From contig OZ244999.1 in the NCBI GenBank assembly GCA_965223265.1, forward strand, positions 3,776,001 through 3,840,000: a stretch of DNA of 64,000 nt, written 5' to 3'. This document shows positions 37,240 to 47,400 of the stretch, one piece after another; the stretch's first letter is position 1, and each line of letters starts with the position of its first letter. Under the pieces are notes generated by a model. It was not told the DNA's origin. It searched no databases and saw only the letters and a list, made by a program, of their open reading frames with translations. Source of the stretch: Planctomycetota bacterium (GTDB lineage: Bacteria > Planctomycetota > UBA8108 > SXIK01). The position numbers were made by a program, and so were the translations under genes.

Positions 37240-39626
37240 CAGTTACGCCTCGATCCAGTGGCGGCGACTCCCGGCGCCGCGCTAGCATTCGCGTGATGGG
37301 CGAAGCGCCAGGCGCAGAAGCCCTCAACGAGTAGCAGGGCGCCGAACAAGAGGAGGAGCACGTCGGCAATCTCAAAACGGCCGCGCCCGACATCAGCGAA
37401 CGCAGTCGTGCGGGCGACGACGGTGAGCTCCGCGTCAGGATAAAGCTCCTCGAGCTTCGCCGGTTGCACGCGCCTCAGGTCCGACTCTTCCCGCGGTCGA
37501 CGGATGGCAAAGACTCGCCACGCTTCTTCGCCTTCTTTGGTCTTCATAGAGAGTCCGTAGTGGCCGAATCGATGCGTGTCGGGAGTGGAGAACTGAAAGT
37601 CAGCGCCGGTCGCCGCTCCGTTGCCCGCCCCCGGAGACGCGAGCAGCACCGGAGCCGCGACCAACGTGCGTTCGGGGACGCTCGGGAAACCTGGCGAGCG
37701 TAGAGTCGCTTCCTGCGCATAGCGCGCAATGTCGACTGGGACCGTCAACGGATGCCCCGCCAGATACGAAGGTCGGACTTGGCGTGCGCCGGCCACCGAG
37801 CTGACGATATCCTGCAGAAGAACAAGGAAACTTGGGTTGCGCTGCCAACTGTTCCACTCGGCGTCGGCACTGCTCGTGAAAAGAAGAACGCGGCCGTCAC
37901 CAACCGCGGCTTCCAGAATCGCCGGACTCTCGTCTGCATCGGAGTAGTGTGCGATCACCTGCGCGTGAGCTGTCGGTGTGACATGAAAGAACTGTTGAAA
38001 ATCGACATCGCTCATGGCATCCGTGACGTCACGCAGCGAGCGAAAGTAGCGATGGTCGAGGTCGGGAATCAACCGAAACGCCTCTCCAGCTTGGGCGCGT
38101 CGAATTTCGCCCAGCCGCCCCGGGAGTAACCCCTTCACGGGAGTCGCCGCCTCGGAATCATTCGAGCTCGTTTCACCACTAGCACCTCGCTCGACAGCAG
38201 AGCTCGCGGCGAAGACCTGGTTGTAAAGCGAGGCGTCGACCTGATCGCCGAGAAACACGATGGCGGTGCCGCCCGCCGTGACGTGGCGGCGGACGCGCTC
38301 GAGAAAACCTTCCGGGACGGTGAACACGTTGCAAAGGAAAACCATCGCGTAGCGGTCGAGCAGTTCACCCTCGAGTCCCTCCTCGACAACGACGGAAGGG
38401 CGCAAGCCGGAGAGACTGTCGCTGCTCGGCGACAACGCGGCCTCGAGGAAGTCCGTCTCGCCGTCGAACGGCTCCGACGATGGTTCTCCGCTCACCAGGA
38501 GAAGATCGATGGCATCGACAACATCGACTGCAACTGGATAAACGTCGTCGCCTTCGAGAAGGTCGTGGTGTCCGGCAGCGCGTATCTCCACAGCATGTGG
38601 TCCAGTCGAGCGAAAAGTGCATGGAATCGAGTAGCGCACCACCTCCCCGCTAGCTATCGGCGCCGCCGCTGGCCCCATGAGGTCAACCCAGGCCAGTTCA
38701 CTACCTTGGGCCGTCGTGATCGGAGCGTAGCGCAGCGACAGGCGAATGTCGTGAACTGCCGCAGGACCGAAATTCTCCAGTTCGACGGTGAACTCGGTCG
38801 GCACGCCTGCGATCGCCCGCCCCGAGCTGAGGAAAGCGCTTGTGATCGCGACGTTCGTCGTCTCCTCTTCTCCGACGTCGACGACCACGATGCGAGTCGG
38901 CGCGGACTCGCTGTCGCGAAGTCGGGCGAGCGCCGTTTCGATCGCCTTGTTCGGTCCGCCACTTCCGTCGGTCCAGTCGCTCCGCCTCAAATCGCTCAAG
39001 ATCGAAATCGCGAGTGGCCGTGGAGTCGCCTCGTCCGAGCTCGAGATGTGATCTGTTGCCAGATAGTCCAGGACACCCGCCAAGGGAAGACTCGTGTCGC
39101 TGGGCTTCAGGTTGTTCAACTTGCGAGTCAGAAGGTCGACTTGCTCGCGATCGAGCACGCCGCGCCGGACGAGGGGCGTCTGAAAACGCGAGCCGCGCAC
39201 AATCGTTACTCGATCGCCGCCGCGCCTCTCCACGAGGTGGTCAAGCGCGCTCGCAACGGCTTCGATTTCGTACTCGAAGACTGAACGGTTTGCGTGGCGC
39301 ACGCTCGCAGAGAACGAATCGTCGACAACGAACACCTTCTCTTCCGAGCGTAGAGCACTCCCAAGCCAACCAAGTCCACCTGAGACCATCGGACGGGCAA
39401 TCGCGAGTCCGAGCAGAGCCATGAGCGCGACCCGCAGCAGGAGCAGAATCAGTTGTTCGATCTTGACGCGACGACGGTTCTTTTTCAGCGCTAGCAGCAA
39501 AAACTCCATCGCCGCCCAATCGACACGTCTGAAACGACGCCGGTTGATTAGATGGATGATGATGGGAATCGCGATGAGGCCAATCGTTGCCGCAGCGATG
39601 GATCCGTGAACGAACAGCGAGCCCAT
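37239..39626 (-). CDS. BatA-domain/vWA protein
   Basis: IPIIIHLINRRRFRRVDWAAMEFL...LAIARP N-terminal double-TM; MIDAS DDSFS; SDL. Confidence 0.9.
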   Translation of the reverse strand: MGSLFVHGSIAAATIGLIAIPIIIHLINRRRFRRVDWAAMEFLLLALKKNRRRVKIEQLILLLLRVALMALLGLAIARPMVSGGLGWLGSALRSEEKVFVVDDSFSASVRHANRSVFEYEIEAVASALDHLVERRGGDRVTIVRGSRFQTPLVRRGVLDREQVDLLTRKLNNLKPSDTSLPLAGVLDYLATDHISSSDEATPRPLAISILSDLRRSDWTDGSGGPNKAIETALARLRDSESAPTRIVVVDVGEEETTNVAITSAFLSSGRAIAGVPTEFTVELENFGPAAVHDIRLSLRYAPITTAQGSELAWVDLMGPAAAPIASGEVVRYSIPCTFRSTGPHAVEIRAAGHHDLLEGDDVYPVAVDVVDAIDLLLVSGEPSSEPFDGETDFLEAALSPSSDSLSGLRPSVVVEEGLEGELLDRYAMVFLCNVFTVPEGFLERVRRHVTAGGTAIVFLGDQVDASLYNQVFAASSAVERGASGETSSNDSEAATPVKGLLPGRLGEIRRAQAGEAFRLIPDLDHRYFRSLRDVTDAMSDVDFQQFFHVTPTAHAQVIAHYSDADESPAILEAAVGDGRVLLFTSSADAEWNSWQRNPSFLVLLQDIVSSVAGARQVRPSYLAGHPLTVPVDIARYAQEATLRSPGFPSVPERTLVAAPVLLASPGAGNGAATGADFQFSTPDTHRFGHYGLSMKTKEGEEAWRVFAIRRPREESDLRRVQPAKLEELYPDAELTVVARTTAFADVGRGRFEIADVLLLLFGALLLVEGFCAWRFAHHANASAAPGVAATGSRRN

Positions 39627-40534
39627 TAAGTTTGACTCCGGCGGATTCTCACGCGTTCGGACGCCACCGCAATGATCCCGGCGTCGAGTGGCTCACCGGT
39701 GTGCGTGCGGAAGTAATTCAGCCCAAGCGTCGCGCAGCACTTCTCGACGTCGGCATAGAACTCGTCGAGCGCTTCGAGGTAGGCTTGACGCAGACTGCGC
39801 GGATCGGCGACAACGTCAGGATAACCCTCAAGCCCGTGAAAAAGAGTGTTGCCTTCGAAAGGAAACGTCGTCTCCGTTTCGTCGAGGACATGGAACACGA
39901 TGCAGTCGTGTTGCCGCAGCGCGAACGCCTGGAGTCCGCGCGTCAGCTCCTCGCGAGGTGCAAAGAGATCTGAGATCAGGATGACAAGTCCGCGCCGGGG
40001 AATCGACTCAGCGATCGACTCGAGCGTCGCGGCAAGGCCCGTCTTCCCCGCCGCCGGAGTCGACTCCATAACCTCCGCGAGACGGAGCAGAACCGACGGG
40101 TGAGTACTGAGTGGGATCTGAGCTCGCACGCCGTCATCGAAGAGATGCATTCCCACGGAGTCGTGTTGTCTCTGAAGCAGATATGCGATCGACGCCGCAA
40201 GAGTCCCGGCGTACTCGTACTTGTTCATCGCACTCGACGACCCGTAGCGCATCGACTCTGAGCAATCGAGCAGGAGGTGGCCCCGCAGGTTCGTCTCCTC
40301 CTCAAAACGCTTGATCACGAAGCGATCAGCGCGCCCAAACACCTTCCAGTCAAGATGGCGGAGATCATCTCCCGGCACGTACTGGCGATGGTCGACGAAC
40401 TCGACCGACTGGCCGTGGTACGGGCTCTTGTGCATGCCCGAAATCGTCCCCTCGACGACCATTTTAGCGCGCAGCTCGAGCCTGGCGATCCGGGCGAGGA
40501 CTTTAGGACTGTAGTACTTTTCGTAGCTGTCCAT
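39626..40534 (-). CDS. DUF58 domain protein (vWA-like MoxR partner)
   Basis: [32 protein letters not shown]; DCSES; ISDL. Confidence 0.93.
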   Translation of the reverse strand: MDSYEKYYSPKVLARIARLELRAKMVVEGTISGMHKSPYHGQSVEFVDHRQYVPGDDLRHLDWKVFGRADRFVIKRFEEETNLRGHLLLDCSESMRYGSSSAMNKYEYAGTLAASIAYLLQRQHDSVGMHLFDDGVRAQIPLSTHPSVLLRLAEVMESTPAAGKTGLAATLESIAESIPRRGLVILISDLFAPREELTRGLQAFALRQHDCIVFHVLDETETTFPFEGNTLFHGLEGYPDVVADPRSLRQAYLEALDEFYADVEKCCATLGLNYFRTHTGEPLDAGIIAVASERVRIRRSQT

Positions 40535-41561
40535 CAGGTAGGATTGCGCCTTCCTCACTCGGCGTGGCTTCAAGGAGATGGTCGATGACGCGGTCGGAGT
40601 TGATGCCTCGCGCTTCAGCGTGAAAGTTCGTCAAGATGCGATGGCGAAGCACCGGATGCGCAACACTTTGAATATCCTCGACTGCGACGTGATAGCGACC
40701 GGCGAGTAGCGCTCGCGCCTTGGCACCGACGATGAGGAATTGACACGCGCGCGGCCCTGCACCCCAGGCCACGTAGTCCTTCACGAAGTCGGGAACAACC
40801 TCGTTGTCGTCGCCCTCGAGCCGCGTCTGGCGAACAAGCTTCATGGCGTAGTGCACGACCGGGTCAGCGACCGGTACCCGGCGAATGACGCGCTGGAGCT
40901 CGCGGATCTCGTCAGCGCCGAACACGACGCTCGCGTTGAGCTCGAACTCTTCCGTCGTGCGGCGTATCACCTCGAACTCTTCCTTCCAGTTCGGATACTT
41001 CACGAAGATCTTGAACATGAAGCGGTCCTGCTGCGCTTCCGGCAGCGGATACGTCCCTTCCTGCTCGATAGGATTCTGAGTCGCCAAGACGAAGAAAGGA
41101 TCGGGCAGCACATGCTGCTCGCCGCCGACGGTCACCTGTCGTTCCTGCATGGCCTCGAGGAGAGCGGCCTGCGTCTTCGGTGGCGTTCGATTGATTTCGT
41201 CGGCGAGCACGACATTGGCGAAGATCGGTCCGCGCAAAAACCTGAACGCACGCGAACCACTGGTGCGGTCCTCATGGATCACCTCTGTGCCGGTGATGTC
41301 CGCCGGCATGAGATCGGGCGTGAACTGAATGCGGTTGAATTCGAGTCGCAGACTATTGGCGAGCGTGCGCACAAGTAACGTCTTAGCAAGACCAGGAACG
41401 CCCTCGAGGATGCAGTGTCCTTGAGTGAAAATCGCGATCAGGAGTTGCTCGACGACCTCGTCCTGGCCGACGATCGTTTTTGCGATTTCCTGCTTTAACG
41501 TTGAAAACTTCTTCACCATCGCATCGACGGACTCGAGCTCCGGCTGGTCGTCACGTGGCAT
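40503..41561 (-). CDS. moxR: MoxR family AAA+ ATPase
   Basis: Walker [19 protein letters not shown], Walker [27 protein letters not shown]. Confidence 0.96.
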   Translation of the reverse strand: MPRDDQPELESVDAMVKKFSTLKQEIAKTIVGQDEVVEQLLIAIFTQGHCILEGVPGLAKTLLVRTLANSLRLEFNRIQFTPDLMPADITGTEVIHEDRTSGSRAFRFLRGPIFANVVLADEINRTPPKTQAALLEAMQERQVTVGGEQHVLPDPFFVLATQNPIEQEGTYPLPEAQQDRFMFKIFVKYPNWKEEFEVIRRTTEEFELNASVVFGADEIRELQRVIRRVPVADPVVHYAMKLVRQTRLEGDDNEVVPDFVKDYVAWGAGPRACQFLIVGAKARALLAGRYHVAVEDIQSVAHPVLRHRILTNFHAEARGINSDRVIDHLLEATPSEEGAILPDGQLRKVLQS

Positions 41562-41692
41562 GTTCAACCTCTTGGTGGGACCTCATTGGATTCACTGTGA
41601 CTGTTTTCATTTTCATTTCGATTGTTTTGGTAAAGACTCCCTGTGCCGCCAGGGCAACGGAACGATCATAGCCCACCATACGGGGACCTCTG

Positions 41693-42805
41693 TCATCTCT
41701 GATAGATCGGGACGAGTTGATACGGCAAGGCGAGAATCACAAGTGCGATCGACGTGCCATAAACCGTGCCAACTCCGTCTCCCATCCAGCTACCGTCACC
41801 CGACTGCGACGAAGCAAGCCGCTGAGTGATGGCCCTGTAGTACCGCTGCCACTCCTTCCCGCCTCGTTGCCACTTCGCCTGAGCAAAGTAGAGATGGGAG
41901 TAGTAGTAGTGCCCCCACCCCCGACCGCCCGAATGCACACTGATCGTCCGGTCGCAAAACCGAAGCGCCTTCAGCGCCAAGGGACTGTCGTACTCTCCGG
42001 CGTTGTAGAGTGTGGCTACAGCCGCAGCAGTGATGGGTGGACGCGACCCTCCGCCTCCCGACATTTGATAGCGAATGCCACCATCCGGGTTGGCCGAACG
42101 TTCGATGTACCGCACTGCGTTGCGAATGACCTTTGGCTCAACCTGAATGCCAGCGTTACGGCAGGCGCGCAGTCCTTGAATCTGCGTCACCGTGACGGAG
42201 CCTTCGTCGCCGTCTGAGTCCGGAGAATAGAGCCAGCCGCCCGCTCGGCTTTGGCTGCGCTCCGTGATCCGCACGCCCCGCAAAAGGACATCCCGAACGC
42301 GCGCCTGCTTGGCGCGATCTTCCTCCATGCCGTAAACCTGAGCCAGGAACAGCAACGAAAATCCATGGCCGTGGAGTGACCGCCCTTGTTCAGCCCGAGT
42401 CGCGATCAATCCATTGGGCTGTGAGACTCGCAGCAAGAAGTCGACTGCCTTGCGTACCGTCCGCGAGTGTTCGCCACGCGTCGGTGTATTGCCACGCATG
42501 AGGAGTGCCGTGCCCGCCAGTGCAGTCATGGCCGTCGGATACGAGCCCCAGCCTCCCATATTGTTCCACGACCCGTCTCGATTCTGAGTGCGGACGAGGT
42601 ACTGACTGCCACGGTCGATCATGCGCTCGATCTGCGCCGTGACGAGGTCGGGGCGCCGGGGGGCCGCGCTCAGTCGTAGGTGGCACGTAGGTCCAAATGC
42701 ACCGGCGCTCCAAGCGATGGCCAGCGCGCAGATGCTCAACCGCAGTGACCCAGCCTTCACAGAGCGGCCACGCGCGGCGGCCGACGTCGGAAAGTCCGCT
42801 GTCAT
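41693..42805 (-). CDS. Secreted prenyltransferase/squalene-oxidase-repeat (alpha/alpha) barrel protein
   Basis: QW-like repeats TQNRDGSW, SQSRAGGWLY, NPDGGIRY and SQSGDGSW; signal peptide. Confidence 0.88.
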   Translation of the reverse strand: MTADFPTSAAARGRSVKAGSLRLSICALAIAWSAGAFGPTCHLRLSAAPRRPDLVTAQIERMIDRGSQYLVRTQNRDGSWNNMGGWGSYPTAMTALAGTALLMRGNTPTRGEHSRTVRKAVDFLLRVSQPNGLIATRAEQGRSLHGHGFSLLFLAQVYGMEEDRAKQARVRDVLLRGVRITERSQSRAGGWLYSPDSDGDEGSVTVTQIQGLRACRNAGIQVEPKVIRNAVRYIERSANPDGGIRYQMSGGGGSRPPITAAAVATLYNAGEYDSPLALKALRFCDRTISVHSGGRGWGHYYYSHLYFAQAKWQRGGKEWQRYYRAITQRLASSQSGDGSWMGDGVGTVYGTSIALVILALPYQLVPIYQR

Positions 42806-44424
42806 TTGGAACCCTCTTCGGACTCAGCGGCGCCTTCGTCCTGCTCACGCTCGAGGATCACCGTAACCTCGAATTCGTTTCTCACGTTGCCGTTCTGCAG
42901 CGACAACCCCAGAAACAGGACTCCGGTGCCTTGCGCAACACCGTCGAACTCGGAACCGACGAGAAACGGCTTTCCGTCCTTGCCGATCTTCGCAACCAAG
43001 GCGCCGACAGGAAAGTCGTCGAGCTGATTCCCAGAGACGTTGCTCGTGCCTTCTGGCCCGGTACTGACGTTGTAGTTCTGCAGCTGAATTGAGCCAGTCG
43101 CGGAGATCTTGAGCGGCACGCCCTGCGTCAACTGGATCTCCGTCTTGATCCACTTCTTGTTACCCGCAAACGCCTGCTGCCCACCGACCTTGATCACGGT
43201 GACGTCGTGCGGGGAGTCCTGCATAACGACGCTCAGAATTTTTTCGCGCTGTAGGGTCAACTCGCCATAGGCTGTCTTGACGAGAAAGCTGTCCTTCTGA
43301 ATCGTCCCAAACGCAGTGAAGCGCCTGGTCACAACCTCATCCTCCGTGCCCTTCAAGACGACCAAGTGAGGCTCCTTCTCGTCGTCTTCATCGTCGAGCT
43401 CTTCCTCGAGCTCATTGACAATTTTCTCGGCACGCTTTTTCACCTCGAGGTCTTCGGACTTGGTTGCCTCTTTGGCTGCGTCGAGTGCCGGAGCGCCGAT
43501 CGCAACGAGCGCCTCGCTCGCCTCCTCCCGCAGGTCGAATTCGTCGCTGCCGAGATTCGCGACCAGCCGCGCCACGCGCTCCTCAAGTTCAGGGTTCGGA
43601 GGCGGCGCGAAGCGTAGGCGGACGATTTCAGACGCCGGCACGTCGAGCTCACCGTATGCCGTCTTCACCGTCAGTCGCTCAAAATCGATCTTTCCTGCGA
43701 TGCGTGATCCATCGAACATGCGGAACATGGGCGGAGGTTTCGGACGCTGTCGCTTTCGCCGCGGTCGCTCCTCTTCTTCTTCCGCCTCATCGTCTTCGCC
43801 ATTCTCGGAGCTCTCGGCCACTTGTGACTCCACAACGACTTCGGCTGCCGCAGCCTGAGCCGTTGCGGCGACGCGAGCCCGCACCGCTGCCTCCTTCTTT
43901 GCGGCCTTCTTCTTTGCCTTGGCCTTGGCCTCTTCCTTGGCCTTGGCCTCTTCGTTTGCCTTGGCCTTGTCGTCCTCCTTAGCAGTGTTGGCGGATTTCG
44001 TCGCCTTTGTTTTCGCTTCCTTCTTCGTGTCAGAGTCGGAATCGGAGTCAGAGTCGGAGTCGGCATCAGAGTCAGAGTCAGAGTCCGAGTCGGAGTCGGA
44101 GTCGGAGTCAGAGTCAGAGTCGGAGTCAGAGTCGGAGTCAGAGTCGGAGTCAGAGTCGGAGTCAGAGTCGGAGTCAGAGTCGGAGTCAGAATCCTCTTCC
44201 TCCTCGAGTTCTTCGTCCTCGAGCTCCTCGTCGTCGTCCTCGAGCTCCTCGTCGTCATCCTCGAGCTCTTCGTCGTCGTCCTCGAGCTCCTCGTCGTCGA
44301 CCGCCGCTGCGGGAACAGGCTCCACCGCCCTCAGCGTCACCATCCACACTCCCGGACTCCAAAAGGCGAGCAGGAGCGCAGTGAGGAGACCCAACACCGT
44401 TTTGGACACGCGATTCATCGTCAT
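42802..44424 (-). CDS. Secreted protein with acidic and Ser-Asp repeats, Lys/Ala helix, HEAT repeat and beta domains
   Basis: Signal peptide; (DDDEELE)n, (SD)n, KAKEEAKAK; LGSDEFDLREEASEAL HEAT; ATGA-coupled at both ends. Confidence 0.85.
   Translation of the reverse strand: MTMNRVSKTVLGLLTALLLAFWSPGVWMVTLRAVEPVPAAAVDDEELEDDDEELEDDDEELEDDDEELEDEELEEEEDSDSDSDSDSDSDSDSDSDSDSDSDSDSDSDSDSDSDSDSDSDADSDSDSDSDSDTKKEAKTKATKSANTAKEDDKAKANEEAKAKEEAKAKAKKKAAKKEAAVRARVAATAQAAAAEVVVESQVAESSENGEDDEAEEEEERPRRKRQRPKPPPMFRMFDGSRIAGKIDFERLTVKTAYGELDVPASEIVRLRFAPPPNPELEERVARLVANLGSDEFDLREEASEALVAIGAPALDAAKEATKSEDLEVKKRAEKIVNELEEELDDEDDEKEPHLVVLKGTEDEVVTRRFTAFGTIQKDSFLVKTAYGELTLQREKILSVVMQDSPHDVTVIKVGGQQAFAGNKKWIKTEIQLTQGVPLKISATGSIQLQNYNVSTGPEGTSNVSGNQLDDFPVGALVAKIGKDGKPFLVGSEFDGVAQGTGVLFLGLSLQNGNVRNEFEVTVILEREQDEGAAESEEGSK
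44029..44190 (-). repeat. 6-bp microsatellite (TCYGAC)n, 27 units, encoding Ser-Asp
   Basis: GTCAGA/GTCGGA units on the + strand with one Ala-Asp interruption. Confidence 0.95.
44194..44298 (-). repeat. 21-bp repeats encoding DDDEELE (about 4, plus a degenerate unit)
   Basis: TCCTCGAGCTCCTCGTCGTCG-like units read directly. Confidence 0.9.
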
Positions 44425-47400
44425 TCCTCCTGACCGTTGATCTCAGGCTCAACCTGCGGCGAGTCGCCATCGGCGGCGTCTGCATCCACTTCGTTTGAGT
44501 CGTCTTCTATCGCCGCGCCTTGCGCCTCAAACCATCCGAATCCATCGGTGTTACCGAGACCGACGCCGCTGGTCAGAAGACTCAGCCGTGGCGGCAGTTC
44601 GCGCCCCTTGCCCCGAATCTCCCGTCGTACGATCTCCGCAACGTTCGGCGCGGCGTCGCCGGAGTCGCCGGCGGCCACGCGCACACACACGCTCGACCAC
44701 TTGTCGCCGCCTTCTTGGCGGTTGTAGGCCAATAGAAACGCCCCGTCGATTCCCTGCAGCGGCGGACCCGCGTAGATCACTCTGCCCGTGGCGATCTGCT
44801 TCTCCCACACCTTGCTCCAATCGGCGCCGACCCGCACCAGCCAAAGGTCATTTCCTCGGATAGCACCAGCCAAACCGTCGGGGCGATTCAGATCAGCGTC
44901 GCCGATGGCGATCAACGTTCGCCCGCGACGAGCACCGGCCGATTCGGTCGAGGGATCGAGAATCGCGTCGACAACGATGGTTCTCTCCGGCATCTCGACT
45001 TCTTGAACGACGCGACCGCTGCGCACGCTCCGGGCGCGGAGCGCCGACCGCTCGCTCGCCCAGAGAACGCCAGATTCGGTCGTGAGGATCTTCGCGGTGG
45101 TGCGCTGAGCACGCCAAAGCGGCCGTCCGGAAATCGTTTCGTAAACAGCCAGCCCACGGCGCCCAAACGCGGTCAACAGTCCGCCAGCAAACACATGCGC
45201 TTCAGGGTGGTAGCTACGAAAGCCGGGGACGAAAAACTCGCGTCTTCCTTGGAGCCAAGGTCGCCGGGGAACAAGCGTCACCCCACACGGCGAGCGCGAG
45301 CAAATTCGAATCCAATGCGGGCGCGCGCCAATCCCAGAGCACGTCGTGCCGCGGATCTGCGTCTCGAGCATGAGCTTGCCACTGTTGCGCTCGATTTGTC
45401 GCAATCCACCCGTGGGAAGAGCGACGATCGGGTTGCCGTGAAGTTCGGCGCACTCAGGAAATGAATTGCGGTCGGTCTGCAGCCGGATGCCGCCCCAATG
45501 ACGACGGCCCATATTCTTCTGAGCCAGTGGATGCTCGTAGGAGTGATGCCACTTGAGAAACAGGCGTTTGAAACGCGCGTCGCTCCTCTCGCGAGCCACT
45601 TCCTCCGCAGTGCCCGCCTGCCGCTGAACATCGTCACGCGCGCTACTGTCCCCCGGTCGAAACTCATAACAGTACAGACCCGCCGGAGTGAACAGTACGA
45701 GACGCTGATCGTCCAGGTGATACAAGGCCGGCTCTTCATGCTCGGAGCGTAGTTGCAGTTTCACCTTGGCGACGTCTGGATAGTCCAGCAGTTCAGATTC
45801 GAAAAGAACCTCACCGGCAAGATCTCGGATGCGAAGAAGGTTGTTGGAGATGACGATCAGAGCGGCACTCGGTTGCGACCCCGGTGCGGACGCAACGAGA
45901 AAGCCATCCTCAAAATCGCTCCAAAACGCTTCACGCAGCATCGCCGTCTCGAGGAGAACCTGCGGCAGCGCACTCGCCGGTCGCCCCTCCGGTTTCGTCT
46001 GGGCCACAAGCTCTGCGCGGCGCTCCTCAACGCTCGGCTCGTCCACGAGCTCAGGCACGTCACTAACAAGAAGGTCCAACAATTCGAGGCCACCCTCCGC
46101 GTCTCCTGCCGCAGTTGCTTTTTGCACCAGGTGCGCACCGGCCTCGGCCGCCATGCCGAGGTGAGTCAGGCGCAAGAAAGCATGCGAGAGCGTCGCGTCG
46201 TTGCGAACAGACACCGCGCGCGCGTGCAGCTTCTCCTCCGCCTCCACGTCGAATGCCAGACTCCACTGCTCGTCCTCACGGCAAAGGTCGCGCAGACGCT
46301 CGCTGGCGTACGCTGCGATGTCCACGTCGAGCCCCTCCGGCGACTTACCGATGACACCGTCGAGCCGCGACAAACTCGCCAAGCCGTCAACCACACGCCG
46401 ACGCGACGCTTCGTCCGAAGCATCGCCTTCCAGTAGGTTCGCCTCAAGAAGCTGTAGCGAGTACAAAGTCTCTGGCTCGTCGACAAGAGCGCGGTGCTTC
46501 GCCAAGAAATTCGACAGCAGTTTTGTTTCGCCTGCTTCGGCAGCCTCACGTACAACGCTCAGCACCTCTTTCTTCACCCGCTCGCGCACGCTCTCGGACT
46601 CGGTGCGAGCCAGCAGCTCGTAGTAGATGTCGAGTGCCGCCGAATAGTTTTGCTCAGCGCGATACAGAAGCGCTTTGCGCAGTGGCGCCTGTCGTCGGCT
46701 CTCGGCGAGATTCGTCCACGCTGCCGATTGAGGCTCGAGACTCACCACGGTTTCCGGCAGAGCGAGAATCCAACGGCCACGATGCGGAATCACGCGGCGA
46801 ATTCGACGTCGTTTGATGCGCTCGTCGAGGAGGGTGATCGAGCTGGTGACTTTCGCCGTGGAGGAGTCGACGACGACGAGCTTACCACCGTCAAGCGGTA
46901 GAATGACGCGGTCATCAGTGACGACGCCCCAGCGCTGGGGAACCTGCAGCTCTTCCTCGTAAGGCAGCCGCGAATCCTCGCCGCTCGTCAGATCGACCAC
47001 CTTGAGTTCGCTCGCGGCAGCCATCAGCAATCGCGTCCCCTGGGCGCCTAGCACGCGCACGCTTCGATCGTCGAATTCCTTCTCCCACAGGACCGCGCCA
47101 GTGCTCACATCGAACGCCGTAAGGTAGTCGCTATCCTGCGGTGCGACGACCACCAAAGGTCGATCGTTGACCTCCGCGATGATCGGGGCGGTTCGCCGCC
47201 AGCCACGGCCTCGCCGCCGGCCGCGCACGCTTGAGCGATAGTGGGACGCCCAGAGGATTTCTCCGGTGCTCGCCTCGAGAGCGGCCACGACGCCGTGGCT
47301 GGCCTCAACGATCATCACCCCGTCGCGGGACGCCATCGGCATGTCGACGAACGACGTGCCTCGCCGCGCGAGATCCATACTGTAGAGTCGACGAAACCAG

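Noticed and set aside
41693-42805. Squalene-hopene cyclase call
   Set aside because: Only 370 aa (single barrel), has a signal peptide and lacks the DxDD catalytic motif
44029-44298. Repeat array as a possible CRISPR
   Set aside because: Contiguous 6- and 21-bp units with no unique spacers, inside a CDS; no cas genes in the window
43919-44440. Poly-Ser/Glu-Ser, Arg-Ser-Gln-Ser and Thr-Pro-Thr-Leu ORFs in alternative frames
   Set aside because: Shadows of the SD microsatellite; the - strand frame has a signal peptide, folded domains and coupled start/stop codons
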